The notes under the pieces were generated by a model. The model worked only from the letters and a program-made list of their open reading frames with translations. It searched no databases and was not told the origin of the DNA. DNA of 39,616 nucleotides. It comes from Parachlamydiales bacterium. GTDB taxonomy: Bacteria > Chlamydiota > Chlamydiia > Chlamydiales > FEN-1388. Each line of letters starts with the position of its first letter. Positions within the stretch are counted from its first letter, which is position 1. The stretch lies in NCBI GenBank assembly GCA_039806815.1, contig JBDHQC010000002.1, forward strand, positions 1 to 39,616, written 5' to 3'. Below, piece by piece: positions 8,035-16,978 of this stretch. Made by a program: the position numbers and the translations under genes.

Positions 8035-9063
8035 CTAATAGCTCATTGAATCTAATTCGACCTTGCCACGGAAAACTTTTTGTGCATAGTACAAATATCC
8101 AAGAAATACAGGAACACCGCAAGCGGCGATTGCTAAAAGTAATTTTAGCGTATAAGGAGATGCAGAAGAATTGTAAATCGTCATGCTATTTACTTCTGGA
8201 TTTATAGTTGATTTGATGATGCTTGGGTACGTCCCCAATACAAGACTTAAAATGAGAGATAAAATGACGAAAAAGGAGCTTACAAAAGCCCACCCTTCGT
8301 TTTGTTTTGATAGATTGTATTTTATTCCAATTAATCCAATCAGACCGGACAATAAGATAATCCAAAGAAAGGGTTTTTCCATGGGAAGGAAGGCAACTTC
8401 CGGAATGTAGGAAATAGTGTAAGCATTCATTGCAATCCAAAATACGACAAAACCCCAATATATTTTTTTTACCCATCTTTGGATCATTTTTTGTAGGCTC
8501 CCTTCGGTTTTCATATTGAGGTATAAAGCACCGTGGAGGGTAAAAAGGGCAATTGTAAACAATCCTAAGATACACGAATATCTCGAAAATAAAGAACTCA
8601 ACCCTTCTTCTAAAAAACCTTCATAATTAAGGGGCATTCCTGAAACCATATTTGCAAGAATAATTCCGAAGCCGAAGGGAATCAAAATGCTTGCTATTGT
8701 AAATACGACGTCCCAAGATGATCTCCAGGATGGATTTTCTCTTTTACTCCGAAATTCGATGGCAACTGCTCGAAATATGTACCCAAATACCAACAGCATC
8801 ATAGGAAAATACAAGGTCGAAAATAAGACGGCAAAAATACTCGGAAACCCTGAAAGAAGAACACCGGACGTAATGATTACCCACAATGAGTTTCCATCCC
8901 AAACGGGGCCGATAGCATTTAAGAAAATCCGGCGATCTGTATCTTTTTTGCAAAATAAATGAAGGCAGCCAACGCCTAAGTCAAATCCATCGAGTGCAGC
9001 GTATGCAAACATGGAAAATACGAATACTGCATACCACAAGTTTTGTAAGACAATGAGTTCCAT
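8035..9063 (-). CDS. cydB: cytochrome bd ubiquinol oxidase subunit II
   Basis: 342-aa polytopic membrane protein with the GPVWDGNSLWVI motif, immediately downstream of cydA. Confidence 0.9.
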   Translation of the reverse strand: MELIVLQNLWYAVFVFSMFAYAALDGFDLGVGCLHLFCKKDTDRRIFLNAIGPVWDGNSLWVIITSGVLLSGFPSIFAVLFSTLYFPMMLLVFGYIFRAVAIEFRSKRENPSWRSSWDVVFTIASILIPFGFGIILANMVSGMPLNYEGFLEEGLSSLFSRYSCILGLFTIALFTLHGALYLNMKTEGSLQKMIQRWVKKIYWGFVVFWIAMNAYTISYIPEVAFLPMEKPFLWIILLSGLIGLIGIKYNLSKQNEGWAFVSSFFVILSLILSLVLGTYPSIIKSTINPEVNSMTIYNSSASPYTLKLLLAIAACGVPVFLGYLYYAQKVFRGKVELDSMSY

Positions 9064-9069
9064 ATGGTT

Positions 9070-10455
9070 TTATTGTTTTGTATAAGTTTTAAAAGGATCT
9101 CGGAAGGGGGCTTCTTCCGGAAGTTCTGTAGGTCCATGTTTTATTTTGTAGTCTAAAAGCGTGCAAAAAACAATAAATAAAGCAAGATAGATGACTACAA
9201 AGAAAATGAGCGTGATAAGAGCATCTTGTGCTCCTACGTTTGCAGAATAGCCATCTTTGGTTTTAAGGAGCTTATAGACAACCCATGGCTGACGTCCCAT
9301 GCAAGCCGAATACCAACCTGCAATATTTCCAATTTGCGGAAAAGTGACGGATGCAACTAGAAATTTTAAAAGAGTCGGATGCAATTGCCAATTGTTTTTT
9401 TTCCACATCCATAACCCACAAAGAGCGGCAAAAAACATAAGGCCCCACATGGCAACCATCAGGTGGTAGAGTTGGAATACTCCAGATACCCATGGCCATT
9501 CGTCTTTTGGAAATTGATCAAGGCCAGTAACCGGGGTTTTAAAATCTCGATGGACTAAAAAGCTCAATAAACCTGGGATCTTGAGGCCTGTAACAGTTTG
9601 TTTTTCTTGATCGACAACCCCAAAGAGATAAATTCCTGTAGATTCTTCCGTTTTATAGACCCCTTCGAAAGCAGCGAGTTTTTCTGGGTTATATTGTCCG
9701 ATTACACGGCCTAAATGATCTGCAGCAAAGAGCTGGGCAATGCTTGCAAAGATGATAATGGAAAAGGCAACTTTTAAGGAATTGACTGAAAATTCACGGT
9801 ATTTGTTTTTCAAAAGGTAATAACTGCAAATGCTGACGATTAAAAATGCCCCTGTTAGCCATGCCCCGAGCATGACGTGCACGAGATTAGCAAGCGATGA
9901 TGGGTTTAATACCATGTCCCACCAGTTCGTCACGACTGCATGAAGTACCCCCTTAGAATTTTTCATGAGCTCATATCCTGCCGGTGTGTGCATCCATGAG
10001 TTGACGCAGGTAATCCACACTCCTGAAAAATGCGCTCCAAAACATACGGATAATGTCGCGATAAAATGTACCTTTGGAGATACTTTATTCCATCCAAAAA
10101 GAAGTATTCCTAAAGCACCCGCCTCCATTCCAAACGCAAATAGACCTTCAAAAGCAAGCACAGATCCTAAGACATCCCCAATAAATTGCGAGTAACGAGC
10201 CCAATTTGTACCAAAGGAAAACATCAATGGAATGCCCGTTGCAACGCCTAGAGCAAAAGTCAAAGCAAAGACTCTCGTCCAGAATTTGACAATTGCTTCC
10301 CAAAGGGGGTTTTTTGTTTTGAGATACAACCCTTCAAAAAGCACCAAAGCAAGAGAGAGTCCAATACTCAAAGGGGGATAGATATAATGAAAAGTTATTG
10401 TGAAGGCAAACTGGATGCGATGAAGGATTTCTGCGGTCATAACTGTCCTTGTCAA
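9070..10455 (-). CDS. cydA: cytochrome bd ubiquinol oxidase subunit I
   Basis: 461-aa polytopic membrane protein with conserved N-terminal RIQFAFTITFHYIYPPLSIG and C-terminal GWYSACMGRQPW motifs. Confidence 0.92.
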   Translation of the reverse strand: MTRTVMTAEILHRIQFAFTITFHYIYPPLSIGLSLALVLFEGLYLKTKNPLWEAIVKFWTRVFALTFALGVATGIPLMFSFGTNWARYSQFIGDVLGSVLAFEGLFAFGMEAGALGILLFGWNKVSPKVHFIATLSVCFGAHFSGVWITCVNSWMHTPAGYELMKNSKGVLHAVVTNWWDMVLNPSSLANLVHVMLGAWLTGAFLIVSICSYYLLKNKYREFSVNSLKVAFSIIIFASIAQLFAADHLGRVIGQYNPEKLAAFEGVYKTEESTGIYLFGVVDQEKQTVTGLKIPGLLSFLVHRDFKTPVTGLDQFPKDEWPWVSGVFQLYHLMVAMWGLMFFAALCGLWMWKKNNWQLHPTLLKFLVASVTFPQIGNIAGWYSACMGRQPWVVYKLLKTKDGYSANVGAQDALITLIFFVVIYLALFIVFCTLLDYKIKHGPTELPEEAPFRDPFKTYTKQ

Positions 10456-10547
10456 TTTTTATACATAATGAGGAAAATAGATCACTTTGTCAATAGTACA
10501 AGGAATTGTCAGTGAGATGTTAGCAATTGAAAATGAAATCTTTCTTG

Positions 10548-10577
10548 TTAATTATCCCTAATATAGGGGATAATTAA
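10548..10577. promoter_or_regulatory. palindromic operator candidate upstream of the toxin-antitoxin pair
   Basis: Perfect 11-bp inverted repeat TTAATTATCCC (10548-10558) / GGGATAATTAA (10567-10577) separated by 8 nt (TAATATAG), directly 5' of the toxin ORF. Confidence 0.5.
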
Positions 10578-10637
10578 TATTGGAGAAGAAAAATAGACAT
10601 AAAACCGCTTAAATGGATTGCCTCAACAAAAAAAGAC

Positions 10638-10958
10638 TTGAAGGTATTACCTGAAGATGTGATTGATGTAATTGGCTATGCTCTTCATCAAGCACAATTA
10701 GGTAAGAAAAGTCACAATGCAAAAGCTCTTAAGGGTTTTGATTGTGCTGGTGTTTTAGAAGTTGTCGAATATGACGAAGGCGGGACATATCGTGCTGTGT
10801 ATACAGTAAAGTTTAAAGAAATAGTTTATGTTTTACATGTCTTCAAAAAGAAATCGAAAGAAGGAATAGCTACTCCGAAAAAGGACATAGATTTAATTAA
10901 GCAGCGATTAAAACTTACAGAGCAAGACTTCAAAGAGTGGCTAGGAGGTATAAAGTGA
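10638..10958 (+). CDS. type II toxin, HigB/RelE superfamily (phage Gp49-like)
   Basis: Motifs YRAVYTVKFKEIVYVLHVFKKKS and a Gp49-like N-terminus. The family-typical KPLKWIASTKKDL lies in frame upstream of the TTG at 10638, so the true start may be a non-canonical ATA at 10593 or 10599 preceded by GGAG. Confidence 0.75.
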   Translation: MKVLPEDVIDVIGYALHQAQLGKKSHNAKALKGFDCAGVLEVVEYDEGGTYRAVYTVKFKEIVYVLHVFKKKSKEGIATPKKDIDLIKQRLKLTEQDFKEWLGGIK

Positions 10959-11299
10959 GAAAAAAAGAAATTACTAGTGTATATGAGGATCTTGGATATA
11001 AAAATCCTGAAGAAATGGTGACAAAAGCCAATCTTGTTATGGAAATATCCGAGATAATAGAGAAAAACCAATTTACCCAGACAGAAGTTGCTAAAACTTT
11101 TAACATTTCACAGCCTAAGCTATCTGAACTTCTAAATGGCCGATTTAGGGGCTATTCTGTATCTCGACTAATACATTTTTTAAATGTTCTCGGAAAAGAT
11201 GTCGATATTATAGTCAAAGATAAACCGAAAACTCGATTAGCACGCGTGAATGTATATCATCAGAACTCATCCTCGAAACGGCGAGTTGTAGCAGCATGA
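10955..11299 (+). CDS. XRE-family HTH antitoxin (HigA-like)
   Basis: The HTH is FTQTEVAKTFNISQPKLSELLNG, and the N-terminal SVYEDLGYKNPEEM is typical of partners of Gp49 toxins. GTG 10955 is preceded by AGGAGG and overlaps the toxin stop (GTGA). Confidence 0.8.
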   Translation: MRKKEITSVYEDLGYKNPEEMVTKANLVMEISEIIEKNQFTQTEVAKTFNISQPKLSELLNGRFRGYSVSRLIHFLNVLGKDVDIIVKDKPKTRLARVNVYHQNSSSKRRVVAA

Positions 11300-11327
11300 A
11301 GGCACACTCTTAAGTTAAGCGCAAACC

Positions 11328-11356
11328 TTGAATCTTTTATTACTTTTTGGTATGCT
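11328..11356 (+). promoter_or_regulatory. sigma70-like promoter candidate for mnmA
   Basis: TTGAAT (11328-11333), a 17-nt spacer, then TATGCT (11351-11356), 28 nt upstream of the mnmA ATG. Motif match only, in an A/T-rich context. Confidence 0.3.
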
Positions 11357-11383
11357 ATTTGTTTTTAATTTCTGAATTATTTT

Positions 11384-12529
11384 ATGTCCCAAAATTGCGT
11401 AAATCCAAAAATTGTGCCCAAAAGTCGAATTGTCGTTGGTATGTCAGGAGGAGTAGATTCTTCAGTGACTGCAGCACTTCTTAAAAAAGAAGGGTACGAC
11501 GTCATTGGTCTTTTCATGAAAAATTGGGATGAAGTTGATGAAAATGGCGTATGTCTACAAGAAAAGGATCAAAATGACGCTCTTTTAGTTGCAAATTCTT
11601 TAGGAATTCCTTTTTACACTGTCAATTTTGCAAAGGAATATAAAGAGCAGGTCTTTTCTCACTTCCTCGATGAATTAAAAAAAGGAAATACTCCAAATCC
11701 AGATATTTTGTGTAATCGAGAAATTAAGTTTAAACTTCTTCTGGATACAGCATTAAATCTCGGTGCTTCTGGGCTTGCAACGGGTCATTATGCAAAAAAT
11801 GTTTGGAAAGAAAATGCATACCATCTTTTTTGTTCGGATGACGAATCAAAAGATCAGACGTATTTTCTTTATACTATACACCAAGGTGCTCTTGAAAGAA
11901 CTCTTTTTCCTCTTGGTGCGATACACAAGCAACAAGTGCGCACTATTGCAAGAAAGCTACAGTTGAATACAGCAGAAAAAAAAGACAGTACTGGCATTTG
12001 CTTTATCGGAAAGAGAAACTTCAAAGAATTTTTAAAGCCATATCTTGGATATTCAAAAGGCGTTATGATGACATATAATGGCAAAGTCGTAAAAGAACAC
12101 GATGGCGTAAGCTTTTATACGATTGGGCAACGAAAAGGACTTGGAATCGGAGGTCCCGGTGATGCATGGTTTGTCGTGGGAAAAGACGTTCAAAAGAATA
12201 TCCTCTATGTAGCACAAGGTGAAAACCATCCGGCTTTATATGCAGATGGCCTTATTTGTGATGATTTGACTTGGGTTTTACATCCACCTTGTGATTTTCC
12301 ATTTACATGCACCGCAAAAATACGATATCGCCAACATGAGCAAGAGTGTGCTATAGAGCCAATCTCAGATACACAATTCTCTGTCAAATTCAAACAACCC
12401 CAACGGGCAATTACCATACAACAATCAATTGTGTTTTACAAAGATCGAGAATGTCTTGGGGGAGGAATAATTATACAGTCTGATCCTTCTTACCATCATC
12501 GCGGTCTTACACTTCCCACAAGCTTATAA
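11384..12529 (+). CDS. mnmA: tRNA 2-thiouridine(34) synthase
   Basis: PP-loop VGMSGGVDSSV, plus GNTPNPDILCN, KDQTYFL and GICFIG motifs. Confidence 0.92.
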   Translation: MSQNCVNPKIVPKSRIVVGMSGGVDSSVTAALLKKEGYDVIGLFMKNWDEVDENGVCLQEKDQNDALLVANSLGIPFYTVNFAKEYKEQVFSHFLDELKKGNTPNPDILCNREIKFKLLLDTALNLGASGLATGHYAKNVWKENAYHLFCSDDESKDQTYFLYTIHQGALERTLFPLGAIHKQQVRTIARKLQLNTAEKKDSTGICFIGKRNFKEFLKPYLGYSKGVMMTYNGKVVKEHDGVSFYTIGQRKGLGIGGPGDAWFVVGKDVQKNILYVAQGENHPALYADGLICDDLTWVLHPPCDFPFTCTAKIRYRQHEQECAIEPISDTQFSVKFKQPQRAITIQQSIVFYKDRECLGGGIIIQSDPSYHHRGLTLPTSL

Positions 12530-12551
12530 AAATTAGTAACAGGAAAGAACT

Positions 12552-13410
12552 ATGCATTTTGTATAGAACGATAGTACTACCCCCACTGAATATCCTTTTG
12601 AGACGCCATCTTCTCCTCATGATGATCAAAATGTACTAACGAGTGTTCCTTCTTCTTACGTAGAAGCGGATTTTCAGGAAAGTAGAATTCTATACGATCT
12701 TTTTTGCTCGAATGTTCAAGGGGGTATTCAAATGCCCGTTTTTCCGGAAGAAATAAAGATGCAAGGTTGCTTAAAAGATCAATGCCGGGTAAAGCTCACA
12801 CAACTGATTCAAGAGATTGTACATGAAATCTATAATGAAAAAAAAAGACGGCATCTTTGTACTTCACTCAAAACTTATATCCACGACGAACTGTATAGTC
12901 GAAGCAGCTCTTCAAGTGCTTTTCATAGGGTTAAAAACAGGCCTTACCTTGAATCTTCGACCGAGCGGTTTGGAATGTCCTTATAAAGCTGCATTTGAAA
13001 CAACGCTTTTTCCTCTTCTTGAAGGTATAGTGACTATGGAAACATTTTCTCAAACATGTGTCCCTGAATTTGGACGTAAAACCTTTCACGCTCTTTCACA
13101 TTTATTGTATTCAAAGTTCTTCATTGATATAAAAAAGGACGATTTTCGAGGAAAAGAAAGCAATGCTGTTTGATTATTTGAAGAAGGAACGGAAAAATTA
13201 TTGGAAAGTCTTAAAGTATACCTAAATACAAACAGATTTTTGGATAAGTCTGATTGGGACATTTCTTCAGATAGCTTACTCTTATATGTTACTCGCTCTG
13301 TAGTTTATAGTACGCTTGCCGATCAAGATGTCACGAAAATAGATTTTGATTTAGATAAACTAGCAGAAGTCTGGGAGAAAAAAACCCGGATTGAAGCGGG
13401 GGTTTTTTAG
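12552..13410 (+). pseudogene. decayed gene of unknown function (about 285 codons) with three lesions
   Basis: An ATG at 12552 follows a GGAAAG Shine-Dalgarno. Codon 5 is an in-frame TAG. The frame shifts +1 inside an A9 run (12838-12846), and there is an in-frame TGA at 13174. Protein-like translation is continuous across all lesions. Confidence 0.45.
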
Positions 13411-13746
13411 TGAAAAAACACTCTTACCCAAGAGACTGGCAAGGTGGTGCTCCCCAGACTTCTTGAACCGCATCGCCGGGATTGGTTGGAATATCAAAGT
13501 TGTTATAGACGAAAGTAAAGCCTTGATCTCCGTCCTGCCCACTAAAACAATCATTTTCTATAGCTAATTTTCCAGAAAACGAATTGAATATAATTTCAAT
13601 TTTTTAATTTATCTTCTAATATATTCAAGGCAAATCAATAAATTAATTATAAATCAAATTAAAACTAATATAAAAATTAGTTTATGATTATAATAAAAAA
13701 TAGAGGGTAATTTATGTTTTTTTATAATCCCTAATAAGGGGGAATT

Positions 13747-16239
13747 ATGGAAAATACGGGTGGTGTTCCTCCACGTCAGGATTGGATAGGTCCTGAAAAA
13801 ATGGAGGCTGGTCCAATTGAGGAAGAAAAGCCCCTTTCAAAAAAAAGAAAAGCCTCTGAAATGCAAAAACCTCATGGCGTTGCACACAAAGTCCTAGAAC
13901 AAACAAAAGAAGAAAAAAAAGTATCCGAAAGAGCAAAGGCTCAGAAAATAAGTAAAACCGAAAAACGAGAGACAGGAAAAACAAAAGAAACTACGTTGAA
14001 GAGATTTTTTTCATTTGGAAAAACTAAAGAAAAGCCAAAAGGAGAAGTGTTACCTCGGCAAATATCCCAGAAAACCGAAAATTTATTGAAGGATCTTGCA
14101 TCTACAGAATCTATGCTTGCCCAAAAAAGAGCTTCGGGCAACTCTCTTTCTCCTCAAGAAACAGAAATGTTGGGAGAGATTTTTGAACGAACAAAAAGTC
14201 GGCTTGATGAAGTACAAAAAATAGGACTCTTTTCAGAAGCTACAGCTATTATGGGTGCTTTGCATCGCGCTTTTCCAAATAGTTCCAAATACACCTTTGA
14301 ATACTGCAAATTACTGATGCGTAACGGCCAATATCAAGAAGCAAAAACCCTCATTCATGAAGTTCTTCCCCTTATGGAAAATGTAGGTGATAAGGCAGCT
14401 TTCTTGCAATGGAGCATCCCGCAAGCAATTTCTCTTGGAGATATTCAAACTGCACAAACATGGGCGATGGAACTTCAAGCAATAAAACCAGGATCCATTG
14501 ACATTGATAGTTTAAATGGACTTTTGCGGTTACAAGAAGGTCTTAATGCTCCCTCAGAAGACGATAAAACTCGCGGAGGGCTTACAGAAAGACAATATGA
14601 ACTTATGAATAAAATGGTAAAAAATCAACCGCTATCCGATTCGGAAAAAATGGAAGTAGGAATACTCCTCGGAGAAAGTGTTGGCAATAAACAGCTTGCT
14701 ACAGCGTATCGCAATATTGCAAAATCACAAGAATATTCTATGAAAGAACAACTTGCTTACCTGGTCCTACCCGGGCAAATAGCAGGATCAATTGGACCAG
14801 GTGAAGCTGAAAAGGCAAAAAGAACAGAATTTCGACCTATTGCAAATTTTTGCAATTCCCAAAGTGTTGTTTCGTTCAAAACCCTACCTGAAAATCTAAA
14901 GAAATATACTGATGCTCAGGAAAAGTTTGCAAATCTGATGCAAAAGCTTGAAAAGATGCAAGATGTAAAAAAATATGAAGCAATATTGGAAAATTTAGAT
15001 TCAGCAGGAGAATACGATGCTCCTACAAAAGAGAAAATTCGATCTGAACTTCAAAAGCGAGTAGCAGATATTGATCCTGAAGATCTCGTTATTACCCCTG
15101 AAGATCAGCTGACACCAAAAGAAATGATGGACGTCCATTCATTAATAAACCTAAAAAATGTTCTCATTTCACAAATTCAAAATGGATTCATACAACGCAA
15201 TGAACTGCTAGATGGAATTATTGAAAAGGGGACATTTGCAGAACAGCTTGCAAACCAATTTATGGTAATAGGAGGAAGAAATTATCAAACAGGTGATATT
15301 ACTTTTCGCAATTATTCCAAATTTGAGCCGGTTACAGGAAAAAGACAAGGGCCTGTTATAGATTTATATAAAAAAATCACACCATTTGGGCATGCAGCAT
15401 TTATTGACAGATCGTCAGGAGAAGAGACCTTGATGTATTCTCACGTTTTGTCGCAATTCACCCATAATCCCGTAGACCTACAGGAGTTTTTGACACAAGA
15501 TATATATCGCGTGAATGCAAGTTCATTTGTTTCGCCTCAAGGAAAACGTTGGCTTGAAAGTTATATTCTAAGACAAAAAGAAGAGGCCGAAATTAGTCCA
15601 TTAGAAACTTTTGAAACTTTTGTGCAAGAGTCATTTTCTTCTAAGATGGAAGAGCTTTTATCAGGTCCAAGTTTTCCTGAAGAATTGAAAGAGATAGAAA
15701 AAGAAATTGATACATCAACTGTTGCAGGGAAGACAAAAATAGGCGGACTTGAACAAGCACAAATGAAACGAATACAAGCCTATCAAACACGACAATTTGG
15801 CACGATAAGAAATGATCCAATCCTCCAGATGAAGAGCATGCGATCTCCAATTCACAGAGACTTAGGGTCATATTTACCATGGTCTTCTGCTCAGGCTCAA
15901 GATTTTAAAGCGGTTGAGTTTAAAGGAAAGATGATTTGTTCGCAATTTCAAGCGCTTATGTTAATGAATACCCTTGCTCTGACAGGAGTTGATCTCAAGG
16001 AAAAAATGGCAGAACAGGTTCAATACGAGCAAGGGATAACAATAGAAGAGGCAAGACAAATTGTAGAAAAAGAAAATCCTATTAGCATTCCCATTTCTCC
16101 TTATGAAGATTTTACAAAAATGCATCCAAAAAGAGTCGTAGATCTCCTTAAAAAATCATTAAGTCCTGTTCCAATGTCAGAAGAGGCAAAAAGTATAATT
16201 CGCGCAGACGAATCATTTTTTAAGAGTGCTCTTGAATGA
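13747..16239 (+). CDS. large hypothetical protein (830 aa): basic N-terminus, TPR-like helices, possible permuted papain-like domain
   Basis: AGGGGGAA Shine-Dalgarno before the ATG. Lys-rich N-terminus with SKKRKAS. TPR-like segment at aa 170-250. The C-terminal half has GDITFRN...FGHAAFI...SHV...DIYRVN followed about 180 aa later by GKMICSQF. Confidence 0.7.
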   Translation: MENTGGVPPRQDWIGPEKMEAGPIEEEKPLSKKRKASEMQKPHGVAHKVLEQTKEEKKVSERAKAQKISKTEKRETGKTKETTLKRFFSFGKTKEKPKGEVLPRQISQKTENLLKDLASTESMLAQKRASGNSLSPQETEMLGEIFERTKSRLDEVQKIGLFSEATAIMGALHRAFPNSSKYTFEYCKLLMRNGQYQEAKTLIHEVLPLMENVGDKAAFLQWSIPQAISLGDIQTAQTWAMELQAIKPGSIDIDSLNGLLRLQEGLNAPSEDDKTRGGLTERQYELMNKMVKNQPLSDSEKMEVGILLGESVGNKQLATAYRNIAKSQEYSMKEQLAYLVLPGQIAGSIGPGEAEKAKRTEFRPIANFCNSQSVVSFKTLPENLKKYTDAQEKFANLMQKLEKMQDVKKYEAILENLDSAGEYDAPTKEKIRSELQKRVADIDPEDLVITPEDQLTPKEMMDVHSLINLKNVLISQIQNGFIQRNELLDGIIEKGTFAEQLANQFMVIGGRNYQTGDITFRNYSKFEPVTGKRQGPVIDLYKKITPFGHAAFIDRSSGEETLMYSHVLSQFTHNPVDLQEFLTQDIYRVNASSFVSPQGKRWLESYILRQKEEAEISPLETFETFVQESFSSKMEELLSGPSFPEELKEIEKEIDTSTVAGKTKIGGLEQAQMKRIQAYQTRQFGTIRNDPILQMKSMRSPIHRDLGSYLPWSSAQAQDFKAVEFKGKMICSQFQALMLMNTLALTGVDLKEKMAEQVQYEQGITIEEARQIVEKENPISIPISPYEDFTKMHPKRVVDLLKKSLSPVPMSEEAKSIIRADESFFKSALE

Positions 16240-16956
16240 TGAAAAACAAGAATGGAAAAAAAAGTACGTTGCAGTTATGGCAGCTGTTTCTGCTCTGAGC
16301 GTATTCGGGTGCAAAGAAAATGGAATACTCCCTTTTTGCTTAAAGCTTTGAATCTCCTTTTTAGAAAAACCACTTTCTGGTCCAATAAAGAAGGTGCATG
16401 TTTTTTGTTCTGCTATATGTTCTGAGATTTTTTCTAAAGATTTTGCATCGTCGTCAAAACTTCCATAGAAGGAATTTTTTGATTCCAGGAGACATTCTGC
16501 AAGGTCTTTTTTTATGCAAAGTTTTGGCAAATAAAGGCGCCCTGATTGCTTTGTCGCACTAAAGACTATATGTGAAAGTCTTTTTAAGCCATTTGGAGAA
16601 AGTGATTTCTTTTCAGATTTATCTGATTCAAAAAGCCAGATTTCATCGATTCCAAGCTCTGTTGCCTTTTCAATGGCAATCTCAAGATGAGACATTTTTA
16701 ACATTCCCAAAGCGAGAATCAAATGAAAGGGAAGCTTTTGTTGTTCTTCGACTTCAAAGACAAGACACGTCGCTCTATCTTTTGTAATCTCAGTAATTTT
16801 TGCATCTGCCAAAATTCCTTTGCCATTAATGAGTTCAAGTTCATCGGAAGCTTTTGCGCGAATGACATGAACGAGATGATGAAATTCATCGCCTTGAAGA
16901 ACAGCTTTTGAACCCATATGTAGGTCTTGATCTATGAAAAATCGATTGTAGGGCAT
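16213..16956 (-). CDS. rsmE: 16S rRNA (uracil1498-N3)-methyltransferase
   Basis: 247-aa ORF with the RsmE pattern (FFID...GDEFHHLVHVIR N-terminal PUA-like part, FIGPESGFSKKE and LRAETAAI C-terminal motifs). Confidence 0.85.
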   Translation of the reverse strand: MPYNRFFIDQDLHMGSKAVLQGDEFHHLVHVIRAKASDELELINGKGILADAKITEITKDRATCLVFEVEEQQKLPFHLILALGMLKMSHLEIAIEKATELGIDEIWLFESDKSEKKSLSPNGLKRLSHIVFSATKQSGRLYLPKLCIKKDLAECLLESKNSFYGSFDDDAKSLEKISEHIAEQKTCTFFIGPESGFSKKEIQSFKQKGSIPFSLHPNTLRAETAAITATYFFFHSCFSSFKSTLKK

Positions 16957-16978
16957 TTTACCTTATGTCTGGGTGGTT

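Noticed and set aside
8186-8575. 129-aa alternative-frame ORF within cydB, plus other short ORFs overlapping cydAB
   Set aside because: They are shadow ORFs of a strongly supported membrane-protein gene.
13378-13410. Terminator at the end of the decayed gene (AAAAAAACCCGG...CGGGGGTTTTTT)
   Set aside because: The stem is only a 4-bp G/C stem with an 8-nt loop plus a bulge. It is too weak to call, although the flanking A7/T6 runs are suggestive.
13360-13554. 64-aa minus-strand ORF downstream of the decayed gene
   Set aside because: It is short, with no Shine-Dalgarno or recognisable motif, and it overlaps the plus-strand remnant's end.
13700-13746. Shared ATCCCTAATA...GGGG motif upstream of both the 830-aa gene and the TA operator (10554-10570)
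   Set aside because: The identity is only about 10 nt in A/T-rich DNA, and the copy at 13720-13740 is not a good palindrome. It is likely coincidence combined with the Shine-Dalgarno (AGGGGGAA).
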